64,000 nucleotides of DNA from a virus: the IMG/VR virus record IMGVR_UViG_3300023109_003296, positions 25,845 through 89,844 of that record. One strand, written 5' to 3'. The notes below the pieces were generated by a model that saw only the letters and a list, made by a program, of their open reading frames with translations, was not told where the DNA came from and made no database searches. This document shows positions 17,814 through 31,200 of this stretch, piece after piece. The position numbers and the translations under genes are program-made. The stretch's first letter is position 1. Each line of letters begins with the position of its first letter.

Positions 17814-20708
17814 TTAAGGCATTTCTATTATATCTATATTATTTCCAGAAAAATTCCATGCGCTATTATAATTTCCAGATTGTCCATTCGGTACGTAAAT
17901 CTCCGTCAATGCTGGCATTGAATCAAAAGCAGTAGTGTCATCGAAACCTCCTCCAAATGTAGGAGCAGGTCCCATAAAGAACAGTCCAGACAAACTGTTA
18001 CATCTAGTGAATGGATTGACACCCCATTTAGTGACCGTTGAAGGAATTGTTACCTCTTTGAGGTTTGTGTTTGGATTAGAACTTTCCATTTGTAAGAAAT
18101 ATGAAGGTATATTTTCCAAACCTTCGTTCAAATAAACTCCGCTTATTGTCCTGTTCTTGCTAAATGAAAAACCCCCCATACCTGTTAACGAAGTGGGTGT
18201 ATTTATTTCTCCTATCATGCATGACTGAAAACAATAACCAGGTATATACTCTAATCCATTATTGAAATTCACCACACTTAAGTTTGGCGAACTAATAAAC
18301 GCTCTAGAACCAATCCCTGTTAAAGAAGCTGGCATTGTAACTTCAGTTATATTATTGCTTAAAGCAAAGCAGTTGGCTTCTAATTCCGTTATTGATGAAG
18401 GTAAAGTTATGCTTGTAAGATTATTACCATAAAATGCACTATTTTTAATCCCTGTTATTGTAGATGGCAAATTAATTCCACTAAGTTTTGGACAGTAAGA
18501 AAACATGTTATCTCCAATATATGGTATTCCCTCGCCCAATGTAACACCACTTAAAAGAGAACAAGAAGTAAAAGATCTAGGATAAATATACTGTAAGCTA
18601 CCCCCTAAGTTTACACTTGATAAGTTTGTACCATTAAAAGAACCGTAATAACTTTGATAACTCACATATCCATCTAAACTCTCTATGTTTGGCAAATCAA
18701 CATGACCAATATAAGGGTTTTGATAGAAAGCATGTCCATCTATTGTAGTTATAGTGCTTGGTAGATTAATATCTCCACTTATACCACATTGACGAAAAGC
18801 CTCTCTGCCTATTCTTTTTACTCCTTCTTGGATAAATACTCCAGACAAAGAATTTGAACCTTCAAAACAGTAATCATGAATACCATCAGCACCTGAAATC
18901 GTTCCTGGTATAGTTACTTCTGTAAGAGAATCGCAATTAGCAAAAACGCTGGAGGCTAATTTTTCTAATTGATTTAAATCTAAACCACTTAAAGATGAGC
19001 AATTACTAAACACACTATATTCCATCTCTTTTAAAGAATCTGGTGCATGAAACCACTCAAGACCATTACACGAATTGAATGCTGAGTATCTTATAACCTC
19101 TAAAGAGTCCATTCCTTTTATTTCTTTTAATCCATTGGATGAGCTGCAAAATTGTGGAGGAATTTCCGTTATTAAAGGAGGAATAGTTATCTCTAATAAC
19201 GAATTACAGAATTTGAAAGTGCTACCATCACCTAATGTTGTAAGACTATTAGACAGTCTAACACCAGAAAGAGAACTGCAATTATAAAATTGATTGCTTC
19301 TATTAAAATTATCTATATACTCCAAATCAATATACAACAAATCTGAACACGAAAAAAAAGTGTTTCCTCTAAGTTGAGATTGACCAGAAGACATGCTTAC
19401 CCCACTTATATTTGTATTCTCCCAACAATTTGCACCCATATAAGTTACACTGTCTGGAATATCAATAAAACCACTAATATTGCTATTAATAAAAGCACTG
19501 AAATCAATTGCAGCAAGTGTTGATGGGAATTCAATTGTTTTCAAGCTATAGGTATTTTGGAAACAACTATTTCCAATATATGATAAAGTATTACCTAAAT
19601 AAATACCAGAAAGAGAATCGCAGTTGCTGAAACAGCTTTGTCCCAATGATCCCATATTATCTGGAAGCTCTACGTATTCAAGAGATTCACAATTATAAAA
19701 AGTAGAATCACTTAAAGATAAAACGTTGTTAACTGGATTAAACACAACCTCTCTAAGACCAGTGCAATCTTGGAAACAATTTATACCAATAGTTTCAAGG
19801 CTTGAAGGGAAATACAAACCAGACAAAACATCACAACTAAGAAACGCATTACTTCTAATTTCTTCAAGCCCCTCGTTAAAGGTAACCCCGCTTAAGTCAT
19901 CACAAGCATTAAAAGCATTTTCACCTATCCCAGTAATATTTGAAGGTATTTCGACGCCACTTAAACTAGTACAACCATAAAAACCGTATCTATTAATAAA
20001 TTCTAACCCAACACCGAAATTAACATAAAGAAGATTAGTATTACCATAAAAAGCACTAGCTCCTAAATAAGTTAAACTATCAGGAAGTGTAACCCCAGAT
20101 AAAGAATAACAATAACCAAAACCAGTTATCCCTATATATTCCAATGTATTAGGTAAATTCAATTCCAAAAGAGACTCACAATTTTTGAAAGCTTCATATT
20201 CAATTCTGTTCAATGAACTACCAAGGTTGATCCCCGTAAGAGATATACAATCATTAAATGCTCTCGGTCCCATATCTTCAACAATATCCCCACAATTAAC
20301 ATAATTAACATTTGAGCAAGTTGCAAAACAATTATTACCTATTTCTAAAACTGAATCAGGGATTTGTATTGAGGTTATATTGTCACAATTATAAAAAGTA
20401 GAAGTTTGCAATACAGATACGCCACTGCCTAGAGTTAATACCCCAGGCATTCCCGCACTAAAAAAAGCACTAGTACCAATATTATTAACACTATCGGGTA
20501 TTGTTATAGGGTGTTTAATTGACTCACATCCTTTAAATGCAGATCCTCTAATTTCCTTTAATCCTTCGTTCAAATCTACACTTTTCAACTTTGCGCAATC
20601 TAAAAAAGATTGCGTTCCAATACCAGTAAGTCCTGACGGCCAATAAAAAGTCTCTAAATTTATGCACCCGTTAAATGCATTATTATCTATGTGTGTTATA
20701 GTATTCAT
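17814..20708 (-). CDS. BspA-type (LRR_5) leucine-rich-repeat protein; probably a continuation of the upstream ORF
   Basis: Continuous ~23-aa repeats (IGxxAFxxCxxLxxVxxP) with C-cap LTEIYVP; begins mid-repeat. Confidence 0.88.
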   Translation of the reverse strand: MNTITHIDNNAFNGCINLETFYWPSGLTGIGTQSFLDCAKLKSVDLNEGLKEIRGSAFKGCESIKHPITIPDSVNNIGTSAFFSAGMPGVLTLGSGVSVLQTSTFYNCDNITSIQIPDSVLEIGNNCFATCSNVNYVNCGDIVEDMGPRAFNDCISLTGINLGSSLNRIEYEAFKNCESLLELNLPNTLEYIGITGFGYCYSLSGVTLPDSLTYLGASAFYGNTNLLYVNFGVGLEFINRYGFYGCTSLSGVEIPSNITGIGENAFNACDDLSGVTFNEGLEEIRSNAFLSCDVLSGLYFPSSLETIGINCFQDCTGLREVVFNPVNNVLSLSDSTFYNCESLEYVELPDNMGSLGQSCFSNCDSLSGIYLGNTLSYIGNSCFQNTYSLKTIEFPSTLAAIDFSAFINSNISGFIDIPDSVTYMGANCWENTNISGVSMSSGQSQLRGNTFFSCSDLLYIDLEYIDNFNRSNQFYNCSSLSGVRLSNSLTTLGDGSTFKFCNSLLEITIPPLITEIPPQFCSSSNGLKEIKGMDSLEVIRYSAFNSCNGLEWFHAPDSLKEMEYSVFSNCSSLSGLDLNQLEKLASSVFANCDSLTEVTIPGTISGADGIHDYCFEGSNSLSGVFIQEGVKRIGREAFRQCGISGDINLPSTITTIDGHAFYQNPYIGHVDLPNIESLDGYVSYQSYYGSFNGTNLSSVNLGGSLQYIYPRSFTSCSLLSGVTLGEGIPYIGDNMFSYCPKLSGINLPSTITGIKNSAFYGNNLTSITLPSSITELEANCFALSNNITEVTMPASLTGIGSRAFISSPNLSVVNFNNGLEYIPGYCFQSCMIGEINTPTSLTGMGGFSFSKNRTISGVYLNEGLENIPSYFLQMESSNPNTNLKEVTIPSTVTKWGVNPFTRCNSLSGLFFMGPAPTFGGGFDDTTAFDSMPALTEIYVPNGQSGNYNSAWNFSGNNIDIIEMP

Positions 20709-22291
20709 GGATTGGTCGTTGTCACTGAAGTTAAACTAGTACAGCCTTGGAAAGCACCTTGAGATATAGAAAGCAAATTAGCATCAATGACAAGAGATTC
20801 CAAATCATCGCAATTCCTGAAAGCTTTATTACCCATACCTGTAATGTTTTGCGGTATGAAAAGTTGTCCAGTTATTTCTAAGTGTTCAAAGGAACTTTCA
20901 CCTATTGTATCTACTAAACCTCCAAATGCTATTGACCTTAAATTATCATGTGGACCATAAATTGGATTTTGAGGGTAAGGTGGATTAATAGGATTATTCA
21001 TTTTCCAATTATATGGTATTGTAGTATCGAAAGTATAATCGATGATAACATTGCTTGGCCCAGAGAAGATTCCTGAAGCTGATTCTGCATTTCCATCATA
21101 CCCATCATAACCATATACTCTGGTTGGTACCTGATCACTTACAGGGCAAGCTTCTTTTGGTCTATATCTCGACTGAGCATCACATATAATACCTACAGAA
21201 ACATCTTCAGAGTCTCCTATATCAACTTCAAAAACCAGATCTACAGACTTACTAGGGCCTATATTAGAAGAAAAATTCTCTGACAAAAGAACTGGTTTTA
21301 TAAGAGTCCACTTTATTGCATTTTGGTTTTCACAGTCATTTGCTGAAATTGATATTCTATTACCAAAACCTCCCTCATGACACCTCCTCATTGATTGTGC
21401 TAGATCTACAGTTTCAATATTTGACAGTATGGCATTTACGGATAAAGTAGCTCTTATTGGATATTCTACAACTCTAGCATATACTCCCTTTGTACCTAAA
21501 CGTCTTAATTCCTCTCTTGGCATAGGAATTGATAGGTTTGCACTTTGAAGGTGAAAAGAACCATTGCCACTTGTTTTAGATATAGATTCACCACTTATAA
21601 CACCATCCAAACCTTCAAAAGTTAAAGTTATATCTCGAGGTTTCAATGCAGTTGGACCGCCCTGCCCAGTATTATATGGAGGACATAGTGTAGCCCTGTA
21701 ACCATCTTCTGAGTATGGTCTAGCGTTTTCCATATTAATAGAGGGTACATCTGCGTAAATATCAGTTCCCCAAGTACCCTCCCCACTTACAACGGTATTT
21801 ATACAGTTTATATTTGAACCTTCGCAAGATACATTTACAGTAGGTAAAGATCCAACGGAAAGGTCCACGGAATAGTTAGTAATAAAAACATTTCCAATTC
21901 CCATGATACTTATATCATCCCCATAATCTAAATCAACGGAATCCAAGCCCTCATCAGAAGTCAAAATATACAAATTAAAACCATTATTATCTTCTATGTG
22001 TTTTTTCGAAAACTGGAATGATTCTTCGACATTAAAACCCAAAGCTTTTTCGTTTTGTCCGTCACTCAAATAATAAGAAAAATCAAAATTAACTGTAGGC
22101 AAATCAAGTATAGAGTCAATTCTAGAAGAGAGACCATACTGATTCACATCAGTTTTATTCATAGTAAAGCCATAATTACTACTTTGAATTCTTATCAACT
22201 CACAGTGATTCAAATTAGAGGTAGAAAATATGTCATCACTAACATAAATCGACTCTGATTGATAGATTACCCTGTTTCTTGATTTCTTCAT
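20705..22291 (-). CDS. Tail-tube paralogue fused to BspA LRRs
   Basis: SRNRVIYQSES...RIQSSNYGF...PTVNFDFSYY...SVGSLPT...HLQSANLSIP aligns with the 48164 and 49340 ORFs. LRRs occupy the last ~80 aa. Confidence 0.8.
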   Translation of the reverse strand: MKKSRNRVIYQSESIYVSDDIFSTSNLNHCELIRIQSSNYGFTMNKTDVNQYGLSSRIDSILDLPTVNFDFSYYLSDGQNEKALGFNVEESFQFSKKHIEDNNGFNLYILTSDEGLDSVDLDYGDDISIMGIGNVFITNYSVDLSVGSLPTVNVSCEGSNINCINTVVSGEGTWGTDIYADVPSINMENARPYSEDGYRATLCPPYNTGQGGPTALKPRDITLTFEGLDGVISGESISKTSGNGSFHLQSANLSIPMPREELRRLGTKGVYARVVEYPIRATLSVNAILSNIETVDLAQSMRRCHEGGFGNRISISANDCENQNAIKWTLIKPVLLSENFSSNIGPSKSVDLVFEVDIGDSEDVSVGIICDAQSRYRPKEACPVSDQVPTRVYGYDGYDGNAESASGIFSGPSNVIIDYTFDTTIPYNWKMNNPINPPYPQNPIYGPHDNLRSIAFGGLVDTIGESSFEHLEITGQLFIPQNITGMGNKAFRNCDDLESLVIDANLLSISQGAFQGCTSLTSVTTTNP

Positions 22292-25200
22292 GTTACTGAT
22301 ACTATTTGAGCGCCATTTGGTAAATTTTGTCTTCCACTAAATGTCGGATTATTATATTCATTATATACACTACTATGTACAAAAAATTGAATATTGTTGT
22401 TTGTGCTAAGAAAATTACCTGTGCCTTCAAAAATTCCAGTTCCTACGTTTTCAGCAATGAATACTAGCGATAAAGAGGTAGAGCTATCAAAGTTTCCTGT
22501 TCCCATTGTAGCGTTTGTATCTGTTGTATCTATATACAACTCGGTCAAGTTAGCGCAATTTTTCCAGTTAGCGTTTCCTATTGTTCCACTAAATCCAGCC
22601 CCTATCCTCAATGTTTGAATCCCCAAAGAATCTTGAAAGTTCGAATGATTCATTGATTCTAAAGTGCTAGGTACTACAAACGGCTGAGTATCGAAAACCA
22701 GGTTTCCAAACTTGCGAGATCCCATCCAGTTATAATTACCTATTGTTTTTAAGGTCGATGGAAACACAACATCGTCTACTGTAGCATCTCTCCAGTTACC
22801 ATAATCCATGCTAATAAGACCCTCTGGCAAATCACAACTGCGAAGAGCATTCGAAAATCTAAAGTTTTCATAAGTCATTGTTTCTAATGAATTATTTGGA
22901 ATATAAACTCCGCTCAATTTGGGGCAAGAATAAAAATTCCTATCTTCCCATGTAGTGGCATTAGGAGCAATTTTAACTTCTTCTAATTGAGGGCATTCTT
23001 TAAAATCTTCATTCAGGTGTCCAGTGAAGCTTGTGCATTGAGAAAAATCAATACCTGTTAAATTTGACTTATAAAAAGTGTTTCCATAAAAACCGTTCCG
23101 TTCATTGTCAAGCATACCTATCTTTTCTAAGCTGCTAGGAAGAACTATTCCACTAATGTCAGCTTCATAAAATGCTCTATAACTAATAGTATCAACTGAA
23201 TTTGGAAGTGTAAATGGTAAATTTCCAACCCATGCACCTTCAAATGCACTTTGATGTATTCTTTCTAAAACAAAAGTATTAAATGTAAAACCAGTTATCC
23301 TAGCGTCTTCAAATGACGAGTAGTCCATGACTGTAGTATTAGCCCTCCAATCCAAATTGTTTATTATCGATTCTTGTAGGACACTGTAACCAACATTCGT
23401 AATACTGGAACAAATTTCTAAAGTATCAATACTTGTGCACTGTCTAAATGCTCTATCTCCAAGTGTTTGCAGTTGAGAGTTGCATAGAAATATATCTGTT
23501 AAATTAGGATTTTCTCTAAAAGCATAAGCTCCTATAAAATCAACATCTGTTGACCTAATATCAATTTCTGTAAGACCGCAATTATCAAAAGCTCCATATC
23601 CAATACTTGTCATTGCTCCATTATTAGGAAAAGTAACACCAGTTAATTTAGTACAACCCTGAAACATCTTCGGGGCGACGGTTGTTATAATGTCTGGGTT
23701 TTGCCAAACAACAGACTCAAGATATGGCATGTCTGCAAAAGTAGAATAATAACCAGGATCAAGTCCAATTTTTGGTAAATTTAACACTCCAGAATGTTTG
23801 TTGTATTGAAAGCCTTGATACCATAATCTTTGAGGATTAGCAGTGCTAGGCGAACCAAAACTAACTTCATTAATTACAGAAGAAAAATCAAGAGTCCAAT
23901 CAGAATTGTAAAACGCCTGTGTCTTAACTTCTCTTAATCCAGAATCAAAAACCCAAGTCCTATTGGCTCCTGATCCAGTTTGACGAAAGTTGCTAAAGCA
24001 TCCAGTTTCAAAAACTTCAAAATTGATATCTGTTAAGTAAAGATTGTTAACTTTGGCAGAAGCTAGAATCTTTTCATTCATTGTTTTTGAATACTGAGGT
24101 CTTGATGGGTCTCCAGACCAATAAAAGTCTTTTGATTCAATTCCATAAAATGCACCAGTTCCCAAACCAGAAACCCCAGCATGCAAGTAAAAGTCAGCGT
24201 CCCTCATATATACATAGTAGAAAGCTGCCTCGCCTATCTCTTCTACACCGCTAGGTATTATTAAATCAACTTGTAATCCACTATATCCGTTGGAATGGAA
24301 TTGTCCAATAGGAGGATCACGATAGTAATCCCTACTACCTGCGTCATAATTAGAAGCTTCATAGAAGGTGCGATTTTCTATTCTTTTTAATTTGGAACCT
24401 GATTGGAATTCAATTCCAGTAAGAAATGCACATTGTTCAAACGCACCTTCACCTAGATACTCCACTGAATTTGGTATTAAAATATTACCAAACTTATGTC
24501 TTTTAAAAGCATCATCAAAGTTTTCACAATTTTTATAAAAAGCGTAATCACCAATTCCAGTTAATCCTCCGTCAAGATCAAAAGTTCCACTATTTATAAA
24601 ATGCTTGCGCATATCGTAAAACATGGAATTTTGTATGTAAAATGCATTTTTAATGTCTAATCCTGAAGTGTAAAATATATTTTTAAATATATCAACTCCA
24701 CCATCACTTATATCCCATCCAGAAGGAAGTATTATTTTATCTGGATGCTGCCCATCTGGAGATTTGCCTATTCCTTGAAATGCTCTCGAACCTAGATATA
24801 CATCTTGTGGTACATCAATAACATATCCGTCGTTATCATTTTCAATTCCACGAAATATTAAACAATCTCTAAAAGCATCTTTTCCAATCCCAGAAAGGTT
24901 ATTCCATGACGTAAAACCTCTCAAAAATTCGCAGCTTCGGAAAGCTCCATCATTTATAAGCTGTAAAGACTCAGGCATATTAACATAATCCCTTATCGAT
25001 GATTGCCTGAAAGCATCAATCCCCAAATATTCTAAAGATTGTGGAAGAGTGATTGAACTATTTATGTTGTCGCAATCAAAGAACGCTCGATAATTAATTC
25101 CACTTAATCCTTCACCAAATTGAATACCTGGCATATTGGCGCTCGTAAATGCTTGTTGACCTATATATTCCATGTTTTCTGGTAAAACAAGATTAAAAGC

Positions 25201-28200
25201 GTAATGACTGATCTGAGCGAACGCCTGAAGTTCTATTCTTTTTAGAGAATTTCCTGCAAAACTTATTCCTGGGCAACTCGTTAATCCATAAAATGAATAA
25301 GGCTGAATAGTTTCTAAAAGTGGCGGCATTTCTATCGGTTCATTTACATTTTCCGTAGAATAAAAAGCATAAGGCTCAATATCAGTAAGACCTGCCCCCA
25401 AGCTTATTTCCTGAAGTCCATTACAGTCATAAAATGCAGCATAACCAATATTAAACACAGAATTAGGTATAATAAGAGGACCTTGAAGCTGCCTACAACT
25501 AAAAAAAGCATAATCACCTATACCATCTACAACGACCCCCAAGTCTAACCATGCATATTTAACATCTGTTCCCGAAATATAGCCTTTTTTATTAGTGTCA
25601 ATATAGTTTCCGTTAGCATTAAAAGGCACTTCTGTCCGAGGATAAGTCCGTAGACTGCCGTCAGCCCATCTAGTGGGTATTGAATAAGGCTGATTATTTT
25701 GAGCCTGAATGACTTCAAAGACTTCGGTTCTCTGATCATTCTTATCATTTATTCCAGGACCTAACCTTTGGTTAGTTGGTGTCGTGGCATCGTTGTTAAT
25801 ATAAAAAGTAGTGTTAGGATTTCCTACACCGCTAATTTGTATACCTTGAAAGTATGGTTTTCCGTTTATTAGTGTTGATTCAGCTAAATAATCATTATAG
25901 GTCAATGGTCCAACTTCAAAAATTCCACCTACTCCAGCAAATGCATCTTCCCCAACAAAAGCATCAACTGGTAAAGTTTGAGTTAATACTCCACTTATTC
26001 CAGTGCAACCACTAAATGCATGAGATTCTATTCTCAACAAAAAGGATTTATCTAAATTAATAATTCCCTCAAGACCAGTGCATCCTTGAAAAGCACCACT
26101 TCCAATCTCTTCTATAAGTGCAGGAATTTCAATTTCACTCGTTAAATTTCTACATTCAGCAAAAGCTCTCTCCCCTATAATCCTTAAACTATCTGAAATA
26201 ATTAAGTCGCCATCAAAGCTAGAACAATTTTCAAACGCATAATTTCGGACATTTGAAACATTATAAGGTATAGTTAAATCACCAATAAGATTCGAATTGT
26301 TTCGGAAAGCGCCAGATCCTAAATATGAAGTTGTTCCAGGCAAATATAAATTACCAGTCAGATTGTAATTATCAAAAGCATTATCTCCTATGGTGGTAAA
26401 TGGAGAAGTGTCAAACTCAAATTTTAAACCTATTGCAAAAGATTGAAAAGTATCATAATCCTCATCAACTATAGCAACGGTTCCAGAGGGGACAAGAATG
26501 TTTGCAAAGTTTGTATTAAAGAAAGCATCGTTTCCAATAAACACTCCAGGCTTTAATCTCAGGTCGCAATTTAAAGATGAGCAGTTATAAAAAGCCTCTT
26601 CCTCTATCAAATTTATATTTTCTGGTATTTTAAATACCCCATCATCATAACACTTTAAACTTGAACAATTCTTAAATATTCCCTTGGGTATTTGATCGAC
26701 TCCACTCCCCAATATCAAAAACCCATCTAAAGAACTCATGTCCAAGAAGGCATATTCCCCCCAACTAGTAACTCTATCTGGTATACACAAATTACCAGTT
26801 AAATTTGAATTCCCTGCAAAAGCATAATCTCCGAAAACATCTAAAGAGCTTATTGTCACTACAAAAATATCTTCTAGTTCCCCATCGTCGTATACAACCT
26901 CAGTCAAATTACCAGAAAAACCAAATTCTAAATCTTCTGGCAATATGCAAAGCCTAAATTCACCATCTAAACTTGACATGTTATGAAATGCACTATGTCC
27001 GACTGCGTATGTTGTTTCTGGTATTTTTAAGTCGCCAGAAAGATTGCTGCATCCAGAGAAAGCATAATTTCCTATAGTTTCATTCAATAAAGGATCAATT
27101 GAAAACTCACCATTAAAATCCGTGCATTCTGCAAAAGCAGCATAACCAACATTTAGACTAGGAATGTGAAGATCCCCAGTAAAGGAATTACCAGAAAAAG
27201 CATAGGCTCCAATTGTTTCTGAGTTTTCGTTTATAGTTAATTTGTTTTCAAATGAATAATTTTCTACAAATGCATTTGCTCCTAAGGAGGAAGCAGAATT
27301 TGCTAAATATAAATCTCCCACCCAAAACTCAAAAGTGTCAAATTCAGTATCTTCTATAAGAAAATCTGAAGAAGCTGCTCTTAATTGATAAAAATTAGTC
27401 CCATCAAAGACATTCAAATAAGAAGATATGGATCCAGCTGTAAGATCTGATATTTGCAAGTAACCATCAAGACCAGTACAATCAACAAATGCCCCGTCTC
27501 CTAAATTACTCAATAGACTCGGTATAATTAAATTTCCATTAAGACCAAAACAAGAACGGAAAGCGTCTACTCCAACGCCTAATACCGAATCAGGTATAAA
27601 CAAATCACCAATAAACCCATCACAATTCTCGAAAGCGCTGACACCAATACCAGTAAGCGAATCTGGAAGATCTATCTCACCAACAAAATTATAATTATCA
27701 AAAGCATTATCTAGTATTCCGCTAAGACCCTCTTGGAAAACAACTTCCATGCTTCTTGGCGCAAAATAATCAAATTCTCCATTGTTTATATTAGCAACAG
27801 ATTCACTAACAATCAATGTAGCAAAAGGTGAATCATCAAAAGAATTAGAACCTACTAAACTCGAAGCCGTAACATTAGTGATTGTTATATCTCCACTTAA
27901 ACCTATACAGCCTAAGAATGCATCTTGTTCTATGGATGTTATATAATCATGTACAATAAGATTTCCACTTAATCCTTGGCAATTCTGAAACGTACCAGTT
28001 TTAACAGTTGTGTAGTCTTGGTTATTAGGCAGGTATATATTTCCACTCAAACTTGAACACTCTGCAAAAGCGTATTGGCCAATACCACTTGTTATGTCCG
28101 AGAAGATCAAAGAACCATTCATACTTGAGCAATTATAAAAAGTATATTCCCCTATCTCTGTTACTGAAGTATTTAAAGTAAGAAATCCATCAACTGAGGT

Positions 28201-31200
28201 ATTATTGTAAAAAGCTCCGTCTCCAATAAAATCTACATTTCTTAAATCTAAATCACCATCTATTAAATTTAAATCATAAAAAGCATAAGGCCCTATATAT
28301 GAAATATTAGAAGAAGAAAAGTCGTAAGTGCCTTCAAAATTACAACCAGAAAAAGCTGCCTGTCCTATGTAGTTTAATGAGAACGGTAATTCTAAAGATC
28401 CTATAAAAGAATAATTATCAAAAGAGTAACCAGAAATTACCTGCAGACCTTCTTGCATTGTTAAATATAAAGGATCATCCTTGAAATAATCAAAATCCCC
28501 TTCGACAATAGTTTCTACAGAATCACTTATTATTAAGTCTGCAAACGGCAGTGGATCATTAAAAACATCGACCCCTATATTTCTAGCTGCAATATTGGAT
28601 ATAGTAATACTTAGAGTCAAGCTTTCGCAACCCAAAAATGCTCTATCATCTATACCAAGAATAAAGTCAGGTATAACTAGCTCTCCCAAAAGACCAGAAC
28701 AACCAAAAAACGTCTCTTCAAGAATATAATCAAATTCTCCAGCAGACAAATCAATTGTTGAGTTTAAATTTTTACAATTTTTAAATGCTCCAGAACCCAG
28801 GTAACCCACATTTCCAGGTAGCAATAAAGGCCCAGTCATTAATGAGCAGTCTTCGAAAGCATAATTACCTATGTATTCGCATTCACCTACATTTTCTAAG
28901 CCAAATTCCCCATCTAAACTTGAGCAGTTATAAAAAGCAAAATCCCCAATGTAATTGACAGGCGAGGGCAGATCCAAATCTCCAACTGCATTATTACAAT
29001 TATAAAAAGCATAATCGCCTATACTAATTATATTATTACCAAGAAACAACTCTCCAGAAACACCAGTGCAATTATAGAAAGCCTCATCTTCCACAGTATA
29101 AACCTCTGAGCCTACGATGATATCACCATGTATATTACTACAGTTTTTAAAAGTTTTTCCTTTTATAACCTCTATGCCGTCCCCTATATCTAATAAATCA
29201 TCAAATCCAGAACAGTTTTCGAAAACTCCACTACCTAAAGATATTACAGTGTCTGGTATTATTAGATCACCATCAAAATGACAATTATAAAAAGCATAAT
29301 CTTCAATAGTCTCAACCTCTTCTGGCAACACAAAAAACCCTGTAATACCATAGCTTCCAGAAAAAGCTCCAGATCCAATATTTTTACATGTAGATCCAAT
29401 AACTAAAAGAGCGTCTCTACTTTGATTTGTATACCAGTATGAAGGAATATCCCCTCTTATAAATTTTATAACTTCTGAAGTATTTGCATCATAAATAACA
29501 GTATCTAATGATCCGTAGCAAACAGGCATTCCTTGGTACAAACCAGCAGTCCCAGCGCTTAAGTAGTCGTTATAGTAAAAAGGAGAGACGAACATACACC
29601 CATTTACCCCAGAGAATGAATTACTTCCTTGAAATATCGTCACTGGAGAATTCATGTATACATCAGTAATTCCAGAGCACCCAAGGAAAGCTTGGTCTCC
29701 TATTGAGCTGACTCCACTCGGCATAGTCAAAGAGGAATTTAAAGATGCGCAATTCATAAAAGCGTTATCTCCTATACTTTCAATACCTGAACTCAACGAC
29801 AGTCTACCCTGCAAACCTGAGCACCCAGAGAAAGATGCGTCGCCAACAATATTGACATTAGGCAACATAAGGGAACCATTAAAAGATGAACATCCTTGAA
29901 AAGCTCCTACTTTAATTTCATTTACACTATCAGGAATAACTAAATCACCAGTCAACGAGCTGCAATTATAAAAAGTATAATCTTCTATAGTTGTTAGTTG
30001 GTTGCTTAATGTAAGCTCTCCATTAAAACCTTCGCATTGGTAAAAAGCCTCTTTACCTATACCAGAAATGTTATCTGGTATGGTTATTTCAAAACTTAAA
30101 TTCCTAGCATTTTTAAATGTTTTTTCTTTTATCTCTTTTAAAGAGTTTCCTATATAAAGCCCCCCTATAAAACCACTGCAATTTTCGAAAGCGCTCTCTC
30201 CAAGTGTTAATGTAGTATCTGGTATATATAAACTTTGATTTAATCCAGAACAGTTGTAAAAAGCTCTTTCCCCTATACTTTGCACATCGGCCAGAAATAA
30301 TGCTTCTGCGGAATCACACCCCATGAAACATTCTTCTCCTATATCTAGCACACTTGCTGGAATAAATATATTTTGCAAAGAAGAGCAATCTTTAAAACAC
30401 CTTTCTCCAAAAGCTGGTATAACACATGAAGAGTCTGTGTAAAAAGAAGGTAAGTTAGAGCAACCGATAAAAACATCTTCGCCCATCGTTAATATTTGGG
30501 GCGGTAAATAAACAGGGCTATTTATATTAGTTGCATAAGCAAAAGCGCCATCAAAAACATTGTAAGATCTTAATTCTCCAAAAGCAACTTTATATCCATT
30601 TAAATCACCAGATTGCCAATTACTAATAACATCATCCAATATGTATTCGTAAACTTTATTTTCATCATCTATAAATCTAGTAACTCCTATATCTTGTTCT
30701 GTTACAGATGTTTTAAACCCTTTGGTATCTGATATTTGAAAAGAAAATTCTAAGTTATACTTTGTCTGTTCATTGACTAAAGTTTGATACTCAACATTTT
30801 CTAATTTTATATCTTCAAAATAAAACTGCGAACTTATTTGCTTTCTGCAATCATTAGTAATGATTCTTAAGTTTGATACTTCGTCACCATAAACCAAACC
30901 ACTTATAAAACCAGCCTCCATCTGTGTTACCAAAGAAGAAATTGATAAAGTTCCTTCTATAGGGTATTCTATTTTTCTATCACAAACATAGTTGGAGCCA
31001 AGCCTATACACATTAGCCCTGTTAATAGGTATATTAACAGAAAACTCATCTATTCTATGGCTTTGAAGATTTATCTTCTGACCACCTATAGATAGATTGT
31101 CCATTTCAAATTTAATATCGTAAGGAAGTATGGTTTCTATATCTGATCTATCAAGATCGTATATATCCCCAAACTTTCCAGTCTCAAAATAATTAACATT

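Noticed and set aside
20696-20707. TGA read-through or stop-codon reassignment joining the two LRR ORFs
   Set aside because: In-frame read-through hits TAA three codons later (TGA ATA CTA TAA), and other genes end normally at TGA, TAG or TAA.
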